DNA of 31,131 nt from a virus (IMGVR_UViG_3300020045_001881:1-31131); one strand, 5' to 3'. Positions 1-8,248 are shown, counted from the first letter of the stretch. The notes: generated by a model from the letters alone, not told the origin. Numbers and translations: made by a program.

Positions 1-88
1 CACGACCGACAAGCTGCGCGCCAGCTTCGCCCTGACCGCCGAGCAGGACGCCAAGGTAATCGACGAACTGAGCAACACAAATGCATAA
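1..88 (+). CDS. C-terminus of an upstream gene (partial), possibly a recombination/ssDNA-annealing partner
   Basis: Open frame TTDKLRASFALTAEQDAKVIDELSNTNA* ends at TAA 86-88, overlapping the exonuclease start; function inferred from position only. Confidence 0.5.
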   Translation, partial: TTDKLRASFALTAEQDAKVIDELSNTNA

Positions 89-707
89 ATTCCGCGCATC
101 AAGCCTCGGGCTGATCATGACCGATCCAAAGTCGAAGGACGAACCGCTATCAGCCGGCGCCAAGACGGAAATCGAGAAGCTGGCGAAGCAGCTTGTCTAT
201 GGGTACGACGAAATCGTCACAAGCAAATACATGGACAAGGGCATCCAAGTCGAGGACAAGGCAATCGAGCTTTACAACTCGGTTTTCTTCACCGATCACA
301 AAAAAAACACAGAGCGCAAGACAAACGACTGGATCACTGGCGAGTGCGACATTTTCGCGCAGGACAAGATCATCGACATCAAATCGTCTTGGTCATTGGC
401 GACTTTCCCTGCGACAAGTAGGGCCGGCCAGGACAAGCTCTACGAATGGCAGGGACGCGCTTACATGTGGCTGTGGGATGTTGATCTGTTCGAGATCGCC
501 TATTGCCTGGTCAACACGCCAGACGACCTGATCGGATGGGAGGATCAATCCTTGCACTACGTTGACCACATTGCCGAGCCGCTTCGAGTTACGCGCGTGC
601 AATACAAGCGCGACCGCGAGCTTGAAGCAAAGATTCAAACCCGCGTTGACGCTGCAAACAAATACATGGATGAAATCGTTCAGCAGATTGCGGCGGAACA
701 CTCTTAA
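81..707 (+). CDS. Phage recombination exonuclease, YqaJ/lambda-exo-like PD-(D/E)XK family
   Basis: FRASSLG N-terminus, G...E motif (KGIQVEDKAI), TGECD...IIDIKSSW catalytic motif, YEWQGRAYM. Confidence 0.8.
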   Translation: MHKFRASSLGLIMTDPKSKDEPLSAGAKTEIEKLAKQLVYGYDEIVTSKYMDKGIQVEDKAIELYNSVFFTDHKKNTERKTNDWITGECDIFAQDKIIDIKSSWSLATFPATSRAGQDKLYEWQGRAYMWLWDVDLFEIAYCLVNTPDDLIGWEDQSLHYVDHIAEPLRVTRVQYKRDRELEAKIQTRVDAANKYMDEIVQQIAAEHS

Positions 708-714
708 AACTTAC

Positions 715-794
715 GTTGCGAAAGCCGCGCAGCCACGAATAGCTTGAATCGCGGAGCGAGTAGCGCGATATCTGGCGGCGCAGCGAGTAGCAAC
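715..794 (+). ncRNA. Candidate structured intergenic RNA with loop-E-like GAA/AGUA motifs
   Basis: GTTGC(715-719)/GCAAC(790-794), GCCA/TGGC and TCGCG/CGCGA pairings; AGCGAGTAGC occurs twice (755-764, 782-791). Confidence 0.4.
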
Positions 795-809
795 ACCAAA
801 TGAGGATAG

Positions 810-1199
810 ATGATGTTAAATTTACAAGCATTGATTGACGGCATGAACGCGCAATGGCAACGCGAGCGCGCCGAAACGCAAATGACGCTAGGCAAGCTGA
901 TTGCCGCACTGGAAGCGATGCCAGAAGGTGCGAATGTGGCCAACCTATGCGACGTCGGCAGCTACCGTGGCTATTACAGTGACTTGTATTTCGAGCATCT
1001 TGAAGGTATGCGTTCTGCATCCGACCTGTTAGCCGAGTGCAAGGACGCGATGGGCCAGGTATTCACAGGATACAAAGGCGGCGAATTCATGATGGGCGCG
1101 ATGACGCCGCTATGGATTGCCAGTTATGGCCATTGCGGGCGAAAACTTATGGCCGTGCATGTTGGCGGTGAAGTTGAGACAGCAGAAGACGAGGAATGA
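810..1199 (+). CDS. Conserved phage hypothetical protein
   Basis: GAGG RBS; SYRGYYSDL and FTGYKGGEF motifs; overlaps next gene. Confidence 0.75.
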   Translation: MMLNLQALIDGMNAQWQRERAETQMTLGKLIAALEAMPEGANVANLCDVGSYRGYYSDLYFEHLEGMRSASDLLAECKDAMGQVFTGYKGGEFMMGAMTPLWIASYGHCGRKLMAVHVGGEVETAEDEE

Positions 1200-1498
1200 T
1201 GATGAGCAAACAACCAGAGGCACTGCGATTGGCTGATGAGCTTGAGCGATCGGTAAATAACCCGCATCTGTACTGGCAAGGGAAAGCAGCAGCCGAACTC
1301 CGCCGTCTTCACGCGCTCAATGTTGAGCTGGTGGAGGCGCTGCAAGCGCTTGTCGTATCAGCCGGCCACGAGATCAATTCCGCTTCTGACGCCGATCTAA
1401 TGGATGGTGTTGCAGACCCAAACCAAGAGGACGAAACAAGAATGCAGCTAGCCGCATTTTTGAGAGCACGCGCAGCACTCGCAAAGGCATCATCATGA
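1196..1498 (+). CDS. Phage hypothetical protein
   Basis: ATGA coupling; QPEALRLADEL, AAAELRRLHA and ARAALAKA phage modules. Confidence 0.75.
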   Translation: MMMSKQPEALRLADELERSVNNPHLYWQGKAAAELRRLHALNVELVEALQALVVSAGHEINSASDADLMDGVADPNQEDETRMQLAAFLRARAALAKASS

Positions 1499-2103
1499 GC
1501 CCGGAAACTGCTCGGATGGCGCTTGAGGCGCTGAACATGCTGCTGTCAACTGCAAACCACGGCGCGTCTGTAGAGCACGACGCACGCCAAGCCATCGCAG
1601 CCATTGAGGCGGAGCTTGCGCAGGCGGTGGACGAAATTGGCGTTCGCGGTTTGCTGGCTGCAAAGTTGTCATGCTGGCACCGGCTTACGGAAATTGAATC
1701 CGCTGAGCTGGTGGCGCTCTACACATCGCGAATTGCGCAGCCGGTGGAGCCGGTAGCGTGGCTCACCGGGGATGAAATTGTTTCTTTCGGGCGCATGAAA
1801 TACGGCTTTATTGATCGTAGGGACAGGGCTATACCCGACTCGTGGCAGCCGCTCTACACATCCCCGCCAATCCCCGCAGGCTGGCAGCCGATTGAAACGG
1901 CGCCGAAGGATGGGACGGCGGTACTGGTTTATCCGCCGTTGTGGAACGAACGAACGTGCTCCATTGCCAGATTTGACGACGACAAATATTCAAAAAAACC
2001 GCGCCCATTTTGGGCTAGAGACGATGACCTTGGTAGGGTTTCTTACAGCCGGGCTAACCCGCCAACCAACTGGATGCCACTGCCAGCAGCGCCAAAGGCT
2101 TAG
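1495..2103 (+). CDS. Phage modular protein with DUF551-like C-terminus
   Basis: EPVAW/PLYT module, then WQPIETAPKDGT...PTNWMPLPAAP. Confidence 0.75.
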   Translation: MSPETARMALEALNMLLSTANHGASVEHDARQAIAAIEAELAQAVDEIGVRGLLAAKLSCWHRLTEIESAELVALYTSRIAQPVEPVAWLTGDEIVSFGRMKYGFIDRRDRAIPDSWQPLYTSPPIPAGWQPIETAPKDGTAVLVYPPLWNERTCSIARFDDDKYSKKPRPFWARDDDLGRVSYSRANPPTNWMPLPAAPKA

Positions 2104-2105
2104 CC

Positions 2106-2543
2106 ATGAACACCGCCCAGCAAAGCTACACGCCGCACACGATCTGGCACGGTGGCCGCCCATCATGCCTGCCGCCGATGACGCCGAAGCCGAAGCGCGT
2201 AGCAAAGCCCGTCAAAGTGAAGCCGACGAAAAGCGGCCCGACGATGAAATGTCTGCACTGCGGCGCTGTTTTCCAAAAGCTTACAAAACAATCAGCGGCT
2301 GAGTTCAAGCGCCGCAAATACTGCTCTGAGGCGTGCGACTTGAGCGCCAAGGCGATTGTTCGCAATGCACGGCAAGACGCAGTTCTCGCGCTGCTACCGG
2401 CGACGATTGCAGAGATGATGCGCAGCGCTGGGATGACTTATGCGGAGACGGAAAAGGTCATCAGGCTTTTGGTCATCGCAAAGCGGATCGTCAGCGAGCC
2501 GAACGGACGGCATCCGCGAATTTACAGGAGGATAGGATCATGA
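2106..2543 (+). CDS. Putative zinc-finger/winged-helix DNA-binding protein
   Basis: CLHCG...KYCSEAC followed by a wHTH-like C-terminus. Confidence 0.6.
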   Translation: MNTAQQSYTPHTIWHGGRPSCLPPMTPKPKRVAKPVKVKPTKSGPTMKCLHCGAVFQKLTKQSAAEFKRRKYCSEACDLSAKAIVRNARQDAVLALLPATIAEMMRSAGMTYAETEKVIRLLVIAKRIVSEPNGRHPRIYRRIGS

Positions 2544-2929
2544 ACATGTGGGCCGCATTAGTTCCTGAACAGCGCATAACGCATCGCCATGTCGTCGCAA
2601 AACCGCAGCCAGACAAGCGAGAAAAGCGCCTGAATGACGCCGCATTGCGAACTTCTGCATCGCGCACGAAACGCGAGCTGAAACAGGCTGAAATCGCGCG
2701 GCTTATGGGGCTTGCAAACAGCAATGGCGCTAGCCAAACGCAGGGCGGCGCGCTGGAGGAAAAACGCCGCGAGCTTGGTTTGAAGCAATACGAACTTGCC
2801 GATCTTCTCGGAGTCAGCAAGCACTATTACAGCGACGTGAAGGCCGGCCGGCGCACACTGCATCTTGCTGCTGCGCGGCGAGCGTTTGCGCTTGGGGTGG
2901 ATGCGGGTGTGTTGCTGGGTAACGCATAG
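2540..2929 (+). CDS. XRE-family HTH protein
   Basis: ATGA overlap with AGGA RBS; RRELGLKQYELADLLGVSKHYYSDVKAGRR; stop codon lies within attC-like site A1. Confidence 0.7.
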   Translation: MNMWAALVPEQRITHRHVVAKPQPDKREKRLNDAALRTSASRTKRELKQAEIARLMGLANSNGASQTQGGALEEKRRELGLKQYELADLLGVSKHYYSDVKAGRRTLHLAAARRAFALGVDAGVLLGNA

Positions 2930-2970
2930 CTGCCCGGTGCGGAGCATCCGTGCCGAGCGTTGAGTTAAAC
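2917..2970 (-). repeat. attC-like site A1
   Basis: Minus strand GTTTAAC-TCAACG-CTCGGC...GGCAG-CTATGC-GTTACCC; R and L boxes present, L pairing imperfect. Confidence 0.6.
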
Positions 2971-2991
2971 CGAATTTTGATGGAGACGAAT

Positions 2992-3267
2992 ATGGACGAG
3001 CGAGGCGCGAAGGCGCAAGGACTAGAAGTGCACCGCCGAGATATGGCGTTTGTGCGTGGGTTTGTTACCTGCACGAACTGCGGAGCGAACTACCACGCGG
3101 CCAACCCGCGAGCAAGGACGTTCTGCCAGATGTACAGCAGGCCCGTGGAGCCGCTTGAAACTGAGAAGAACATTCTCATGGCCGAAGCGTGCGACCAGTG
3201 GGTTGCGGATGGACTGGACCGCAACATGGTTGTTCATCCTGACCACTCGTACAGATACGAAGATTGA
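2992..3267 (+). CDS. Cassette-borne hypothetical protein with CxxC
   Basis: GGAG RBS at 2982-2985; flanked by complementary GTTAAACCG(2964-2972)/CGGTTTAAC(3270-3278). Confidence 0.65.
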   Translation: MDERGAKAQGLEVHRRDMAFVRGFVTCTNCGANYHAANPRARTFCQMYSRPVEPLETEKNILMAEACDQWVADGLDRNMVVHPDHSYRYED

Positions 3268-3271
3268 TGCG

Positions 3272-3329
3272 GTTTAACGTTGGAGTTGAACGATGAACGA
3301 AGTGAATACGGTCGAACGACCTGTTATGC
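3272..3329 (-). repeat. attC-like site A2
   Basis: Minus strand GCATAAC-AGGTCG-TTCGAC...TTCAA-CTCCAAC-GTTAAAC. Confidence 0.7.
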
Positions 3330-3577
3330 CGGTGGCGTGGATGTCGCTGCGTGATAGGTTTTACAAGACCCGCATGATGGCTGTAGAGAACTGCGAACAA
3401 CTGGTGACGGCGCTATACGCGCTGACGCCTGAGCAAGTCGCTGTGCTGGAAAAGTACGCGGCAGATAAAGCATGGGCGGCGCGAGATTTGAGCAAATGCA
3501 AGTGTGACCACAACGAAACGTGCGAACACTGCTATCAGCCGAACCTACGGCATAACGCAGAAATAACCGGCGGCTGA
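3293..3577 (+). CDS. Cassette-borne phage hypothetical protein
   Basis: Starts inside A2 (alternative ATG at 3326), stops inside A3; PVAW module and Cys-rich C-terminus. Confidence 0.65.
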   Translation: MNEVNTVERPVMPVAWMSLRDRFYKTRMMAVENCEQLVTALYALTPEQVAVLEKYAADKAWAARDLSKCKCDHNETCEHCYQPNLRHNAEITGG

Positions 3578-3607
3578 AAGCCGTCCGCGTTGATTGACGG
3601 GTTAGCC
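3550..3607 (-). repeat. attC-like site A3
   Basis: Minus strand GGCTAAC-CCGTCA-ATCAAC-GCGGAC GGCTTTCAGCC GCCG-GTTAT-TTCTGC-GTTATGC; canonical architecture. Confidence 0.85.
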
Positions 3608-3632
3608 GTCTGATAACTACGGAGAAAAGAAG

Positions 3633-4052
3633 ATGAAACCGGAACAGAAACTGAAATGGGCGGTGCTGGCAAAAGTGGCCGGATGGGAGAAGAAGCCGGC
3701 GCCAGAGTACCCGTGCGCGAACGTGGACGAACTCTACGACGCGCTGGTCGAAGCGGAGTCACATTGGGATGGCAAGTCCGAAGTGCGCAGCGGCGAGGTT
3801 GAGACCGGCCTGCCGTGCGACTGGTCACGCCACTACGAGAGCAAGGCCGTTGCCATGAAGATGCCTGACGGCTCGTGGGTCGGATGGACGTACTGGTACG
3901 GCGGTGGCAAGCACGGCGAACCGGAGGCGATTGACTGGATGGAAGACGCCTACGACTTGGATTGCCGCGAAGAGGAAAAGACGATGATCGTGCGGACATT
4001 CAGCAAGCCCGAGACGGCTAACGCAAATTCCACGACACGTCCAAATAACTAA
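3633..4052 (+). CDS. Cassette-borne conserved phage hypothetical protein
   Basis: GGAG RBS; SRHYESKAVA...WVGWTYWYGGGKHGEPEAIDW; ends GTTAGCCGTCT(3601-3611)/AGACGGCTAAC(4012-4022) are complementary. Confidence 0.8.
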   Translation: MKPEQKLKWAVLAKVAGWEKKPAPEYPCANVDELYDALVEAESHWDGKSEVRSGEVETGLPCDWSRHYESKAVAMKMPDGSWVGWTYWYGGGKHGEPEAIDWMEDAYDLDCREEEKTMIVRTFSKPETANANSTTRPNN

Positions 4053-4062
4053 TTACTGCGAC

Positions 4063-4263
4063 ATGTCGCATAACTATGGAGCCGATATGCAGCGATCAAA
4101 AATAGCGATCTGCGTGCCGCGCGACAAAGGCATGCCGCCATACGCGCAGTGCGCCGGATGCTCGCGGACTGCTTGGGCTATTGCTGACGGCAAGCGGCCA
4201 ATTCAGCACCCGCCAGCGCTTGATAAACAGGGCGAGTGCCCGAGTAGATTGGAGATGAAATGA
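4063..4263 (+). CDS. Small hypothetical protein (start uncertain)
   Basis: Cys-containing ORF coupled to the next gene by ATGA. Confidence 0.5.
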   Translation: MSHNYGADMQRSKIAICVPRDKGMPPYAQCAGCSRTAWAIADGKRPIQHPPALDKQGECPSRLEMK

Positions 4264-4376
4264 CGGACAACCAAGTATTCGCTATCTGCGGCGCAGTAGT
4301 CGGATTGGCATTTTTTGCTGTGTGCGCGCTAAGAATCTGGCTTGATCACAAGGAAGAAATGAGGGAAGAGGAATGA
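4260..4376 (+). CDS. 38-aa single-pass membrane protein
   Basis: MTDNQVFAICGAVVGLAFFAVCALRIWLDHKEEMREEE; GGAG RBS; ATGA overlaps at both ends; too short for the ORF track. Confidence 0.65.
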   Translation: MTDNQVFAICGAVVGLAFFAVCALRIWLDHKEEMREEE

Positions 4377-4618
4377 ACAACGACGCGAGCCGGGAGGCGT
4401 TTGAAAAGTGGTGTCGCACAGACGACGAAGACCTTGAAGACGGCTCCCCAAGCCCACACGACTATGACGCTCATCATAAATACTGGCTTTACGCGGCTTG
4501 GCAAGCATCACGCAAGCAGGCGCTTGAAGAGGCGGCGAAAGCCTGCGACGACCTCAGCAATGGAGTGCTGCACTACGCAGACTACTACTGTGCAAAAGTA
4601 ATCAGGAGCATGAAATGA
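4373..4618 (+). CDS. Phage hypothetical protein
   Basis: REAFEKW...AWQASRKQALEEAAKAC modules; ATGA coupling. Confidence 0.7.
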   Translation: MNNDASREAFEKWCRTDDEDLEDGSPSPHDYDAHHKYWLYAAWQASRKQALEEAAKACDDLSNGVLHYADYYCAKVIRSMK

Positions 4619-4806
4619 CAAAAATAGGCTGCGTGCAGCACGACTGCGATGAATGCAAGAGGCGCGAATCAGATCAGCGCAAGTTGCGCGAAATGATCGA
4701 AACCGCGTGGATTGCCGGCTACTACCACGCGGGCTATACAAACGATGGCGCCTATGCTCAAGCCGAGGCGGCCAAGTGTGCGGATGAACTTTTGGGGGCG
4801 AAATGA
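4615..4806 (+). CDS. Phage hypothetical protein
   Basis: IGCVQHDCDEC motif; ATGA coupling. Confidence 0.65.
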   Translation: MTKIGCVQHDCDECKRRESDQRKLREMIETAWIAGYYHAGYTNDGAYAQAEAAKCADELLGAK

Positions 4807-5648
4807 TGACGACTATTGAAGCAATGAAGCAGGCGCTTGAAGCGCTTGCGAAGTACATTGGAGGCGTCAGCATTCTGAACGACGGCCCCGATGCTAGTGA
4901 TGTAGAGCATGCAAATGAAATGCTTGTCAAAAGTATGCAATTGGCTCGCCCGGCAATAAATGCCCTGCGCGAAGCCATTGCCCACGAGGAAGCGCAGATG
5001 GCGGAGCCGGTGGCATGGCGAGTTTGGATTGGCAACAATGACGGTCAGCAATACATCTACAGCGAGGATGGCGACGGCGAACCGCTCTACACACGCCCAG
5101 CCCCAGCGAAAACCAGCGAGCGGGCTGCGTTGATCAATGAATCCAGAGTATTTGCAGACAATTTACGCGTGGTGATGGAGGATCAAGCGGCTGGTGTTAT
5201 TGATTCTTTATGCGACATGCTGGCCGCTGATGCCGATGCATACAACCAAGGCCGGTATGATGAGCAGGCGGCCCAAGGCCCATATCCTTATCCGGAGGAT
5301 GAGCCGATGGCCGCCGATGCGCAGGAAGTGGCAGTGCCGCCTGGGTGGAAGCTGGCGCCGATTGAGCCTACTCAAAAGATGCTTGATGCAACTTATGCGG
5401 GACAGCATTGCAGCGAGATATGGCACGACATGCTCAACGCCGCGCCACAGCCGCCACAAGCAGGGCGCAAGCAGATGGCGGATGATGAGATTTTGAGCCT
5501 TGTAACAGTCCGCTATCCTAATTGGCGTCAGGACATCCAGCCTGCGTTTGTCTTATGGGTGGCCCGCGCCATCGAAGCCCATTACAAGATTGGCAAGCAA
5601 GAGCCTACGGATTGGAGTGCGGCAGCCATTGGGGAGGCGATGCCATGA
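4803..5648 (+). CDS. Phage modular hypothetical protein
   Basis: IEAMKQALEAL, EPVAW..PLYT, VPPGWKLAPIEPT and ARAIEA modules. Confidence 0.75.
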   Translation: MMTTIEAMKQALEALAKYIGGVSILNDGPDASDVEHANEMLVKSMQLARPAINALREAIAHEEAQMAEPVAWRVWIGNNDGQQYIYSEDGDGEPLYTRPAPAKTSERAALINESRVFADNLRVVMEDQAAGVIDSLCDMLAADADAYNQGRYDEQAAQGPYPYPEDEPMAADAQEVAVPPGWKLAPIEPTQKMLDATYAGQHCSEIWHDMLNAAPQPPQAGRKQMADDEILSLVTVRYPNWRQDIQPAFVLWVARAIEAHYKIGKQEPTDWSAAAIGEAMP

Positions 5649-5803
5649 CATGCGAACACGGCTGCAACGGCTGTGATGAGTGCATCGACGATGACGACTC
5701 ATACGATGAACCAGAGTGCGAGCGCTGCCACGGCGACGGCATGGACCCGTTGACCGACTGCCTGCTGCCGTGTCCACTTTGCCAAGGAGAACAACGACCA
5801 TGA
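5645..5803 (+). CDS. Small Cys-rich zinc-finger protein
   Basis: CERCHGDG...CPLCQGE (CxxCxGxG type); ATGA overlaps. Confidence 0.6.
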   Translation: MTCEHGCNGCDECIDDDDSYDEPECERCHGDGMDPLTDCLLPCPLCQGEQRP

Positions 5804-6045
5804 ACCGCTACCGCTGCACCAGCTGCAAAAAGATCAGCGCCGGCCTAGAGTTACTTCAAGCCGTCAACCCGTTTGATCCGACCGACGCGATAACCGGCTG
5901 CCCGCATTGCAAACAGATCGACAACTTTGATGCCGTGTGCGATGAGCCTGGCTGCGATGAAACTGTTTGTGGCGGCTGGCCGAGTGAAGCTGGGTATCGG
6001 CTTACTTGCAGCAAGCATTGGAATAAGAAAGTGAGGGTTGAATGA
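5800..6045 (+). CDS. Small zinc-finger protein
   Basis: CTSC, CPHC, CDEPGC...CSKH; ATGA overlaps. Confidence 0.65.
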   Translation: MNRYRCTSCKKISAGLELLQAVNPFDPTDAITGCPHCKQIDNFDAVCDEPGCDETVCGGWPSEAGYRLTCSKHWNKKVRVE

Positions 6046-6281
6046 GCGCCATGAACCTACAACCCATAGCAATTGACCCCGACGGCGCAGCGCAGTTTGT
6101 GGCCTTGTCGGTCAGCACACTGGAAAAACTTGTGCGCCAAGGCGACTTCCCAAAGCCGCGAAAAGTCAGCGACCGCCGCGTGGCTTATCTGGTGCGCGAG
6201 TTGATTGAATGGATGGAGTCGCGCCCGGTGAGTGATCTGCTGCCGCCTGCGAATACTGGGGCGAAGAAGGGGGCGGCGTGA
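6042..6281 (+). CDS. AlpA-family excisionase/recombination directionality factor
   Basis: LSVSTLEKLVRQGDFPKPRKVSDRRVAY; located near the integrase. Confidence 0.85.
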   Translation: MSAMNLQPIAIDPDGAAQFVALSVSTLEKLVRQGDFPKPRKVSDRRVAYLVRELIEWMESRPVSDLLPPANTGAKKGAA

Positions 6282-7000
6282 ATGAGTTGGCTCTTTTCGC
6301 GGGCGCTGGTGGAGGAATACTCGGCGGCAAGCTGCTCGGCTGGCGAACAGTCTGCGCAGTCGAGTTCAACCCCTACGCCGCAAGCGTTCTTGCCCAACGA
6401 CAGAATGAAGGACTTCTCCCTGCCTTCCCGGTTTGGGATGACGTTCGGACCTTTGATGGACACCCTTGGCGCGGACGTGTTGACGTGGTTTCTGGCGGCT
6501 TTCCCTGCCAGGACATCAGCGCGGCAGGCAAGGGAGGCGGCATTGACGGCGCCCGCTCTGGGCTCTGGCGAGAAATGGCCAGAATCATTGGCGAGATTCA
6601 ACCCCGATTCGTCCTCGTGGAAAACAGCCCAATGCTCACTGTTCGCGGACTCGGACGAGTCCTTGGGGATCTGGCCCAAATGGGGTTTGATGCTCGATGG
6701 GGAGTGCTGGGAGCTGCCCACGTTGGCGCGCCCCATCTCCGAGAGCGAATCTGGATTCTGGCCGACGCCGACGGCAGTTACAGCGACGGGTGGCGCAGCG
6801 CTCTGCAAGTGGGGCGGTTCGGGCGCCCGAGCAAAGTTGCGGACGATGGTGACGGCAAAGGAGTTGAATGGCCCGCTAAATCCCCAGTGGGTATCCTGGC
6901 TGATGGGGTGGCCGCTCGGGTGGAGCAGCTTACTGCCCTTGGAAACGGGCAGGTTCCAGCAGTGGCAGCAGCAGCATGGAGAATGCTCGGAGGTTGCTAA
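6278..7000 (+). CDS. C5-cytosine DNA methyltransferase, catalytic (alpha-like) chain lacking motif IX
   Basis: Motifs I (LFAGAGG), IV (GGFPCQD), VI (ENSP), VIII (HLRERIW), X (ALGNGQVP). Confidence 0.9.
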   Translation: MNELALFAGAGGGILGGKLLGWRTVCAVEFNPYAASVLAQRQNEGLLPAFPVWDDVRTFDGHPWRGRVDVVSGGFPCQDISAAGKGGGIDGARSGLWREMARIIGEIQPRFVLVENSPMLTVRGLGRVLGDLAQMGFDARWGVLGAAHVGAPHLRERIWILADADGSYSDGWRSALQVGRFGRPSKVADDGDGKGVEWPAKSPVGILADGVAARVEQLTALGNGQVPAVAAAAWRMLGGC

Positions 7001-7034
7001 ATTAACGCCTCCAGCCTCTCCGCCAGCAGCGTAA
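6282..7034 (+). CDS. Overlapping-frame methyltransferase partner (beta-like) chain with motif IX
   Basis: 250 open codons in the +1 frame; WPTPTA and LNPQWVSWLMGWPLGWS (motif IX-like). Confidence 0.7.
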   Translation: MSWLFSRALVEEYSAASCSAGEQSAQSSSTPTPQAFLPNDRMKDFSLPSRFGMTFGPLMDTLGADVLTWFLAAFPARTSARQAREAALTAPALGSGEKWPESLARFNPDSSSWKTAQCSLFADSDESLGIWPKWGLMLDGECWELPTLARPISESESGFWPTPTAVTATGGAALCKWGGSGARAKLRTMVTAKELNGPLNPQWVSWLMGWPLGWSSLLPLETGRFQQWQQQHGECSEVAKLTPPASPPAA

Positions 7035-8238
7035 GCCAGTGCCGGCGCTCTGTGTCGTATTCGTAAAGGTTATAAATCCCCACTACGCCAGGCTGAACGT
7101 GGCCCAATATCGCCTCACCTATTTCATTGTGGCAACCCATCGCCGCCAGCATCGTGCGCCCGGTGCGCCGCAGATCATGTGGGCTCCAGTGCGTAACGGT
7201 CAGGCGTTGGCGCACATGGTCCGGCCTGCTCTTGCAATACGGTTGCAGGTAGTTAACCTTGCTTTGCATGTAAGTCTGCTGCTGGTGCCCGACAACACCC
7301 GCTCTTGACGTGCTCGGAAAAAGCCAGCCATCACAGCGCAGGCGCTGCACGATCTCCAGCGCCCGCCCGACAAGCGGCACGCGCAGATCGGTCGCCGCAG
7401 CTCGGTGCGCGCCCTTGGTCAACGCCTTGGGAACGGTCCACCAAACCCCATCCGTTTCGTCCGTGATCTGGTTGCCGTGCATCTGCACAATCTCAGCGCC
7501 GCGCGTGCAGGTCCACAATTGAACTGTCAGAAAGTCCTGAACTTGCTGGGAAAATAGCGCCAGGTCGTGATTGAGCAGCGTCTTGATTTCCTTGTCGCTC
7601 AAGGTGCGTTTCGCCGTGCCCTTGTGCTTGCCATCGCGGATTGCACCCTTGCTGCGCAGCTTTCGCACCGCGACCAATCTCCACCAGTTTGGTAGCTCAT
7701 CGTCAATGCGCCCCGCGTCCAGCGCATAAGCCCAGGCCGCGCCCATCTCGGTTTTGACGCTGCCGGCAAGTACCGGGCGGTCACTCAAGCCTTCCACCAG
7801 ATCAAACACAAAGCGCCGGGTCACGTCAGCCGCTGGCAGGTCGGCATGGTCGGCCAGTGCGTTGACAAGACGCTGATGCACGGCCTTTGCCCCGCGCGCT
7901 TCCCGGCGTTTGGCAAGGTAGCCGCTCGCATAGTCGTCCACCATCTGGCCCAGGGTGTAGCCTGCATCCGGCGCGTTCTTTGGCTTTGTTTTGCGCGTCA
8001 GGTCTTCGCCTGCGTCCCTGCGTGCGCGAAGCTCCTGCCACTGCTGGGCGGCTTCGGCCACGGGCATTGCGGGCCATGAGCCGATTTTTATTTGCTTTAA
8101 TCTGCCGTGAAGATCGCGATGACGGTAAATCCAGGTGTGCCGCGTTTGCGCCCGCACAAGATGCAGCCCAGGGCAACCGCCCACGACAATGTGCTCACCC
8201 GGTTTAAGCAGTTTTGCAGCCCGCGCATCAAAGTACAT
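6997..8238 (-). CDS. int: P4-type tyrosine integrase with N-terminal arm-binding domain
   Basis: GLHLV...WIYR...IKIGSWPAM arm domain; catalytic TCTRGAE, HDLRRT, ILGH and IYNLY motifs; alternative GTG starts at 8241/8244. Confidence 0.92.
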   Translation of the reverse strand: MYFDARAAKLLKPGEHIVVGGCPGLHLVRAQTRHTWIYRHRDLHGRLKQIKIGSWPAMPVAEAAQQWQELRARRDAGEDLTRKTKPKNAPDAGYTLGQMVDDYASGYLAKRREARGAKAVHQRLVNALADHADLPAADVTRRFVFDLVEGLSDRPVLAGSVKTEMGAAWAYALDAGRIDDELPNWWRLVAVRKLRSKGAIRDGKHKGTAKRTLSDKEIKTLLNHDLALFSQQVQDFLTVQLWTCTRGAEIVQMHGNQITDETDGVWWTVPKALTKGAHRAAATDLRVPLVGRALEIVQRLRCDGWLFPSTSRAGVVGHQQQTYMQSKVNYLQPYCKSRPDHVRQRLTVTHWSPHDLRRTGRTMLAAMGCHNEIGEAILGHVQPGVVGIYNLYEYDTERRHWLTLLAERLEALI

Positions 8239-8248
8239 CACCACCCCA

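Noticed and set aside
4016-4052. A fourth attC at the right end of array A
   Set aside because: GGCTAACGCAAAT starts like the other sites, but no paired L boxes or closing GTT follow; treated as a junction or remnant.
6997-8238. Integrase as an integron IntI serving the attC arrays
   Set aside because: It has an N-terminal arm-binding domain, an AlpA partner and arm/IHF sites, all typical of P4-like prophage integrases. I see no IntI-specific insertion. Activity on attC is not formally excluded.
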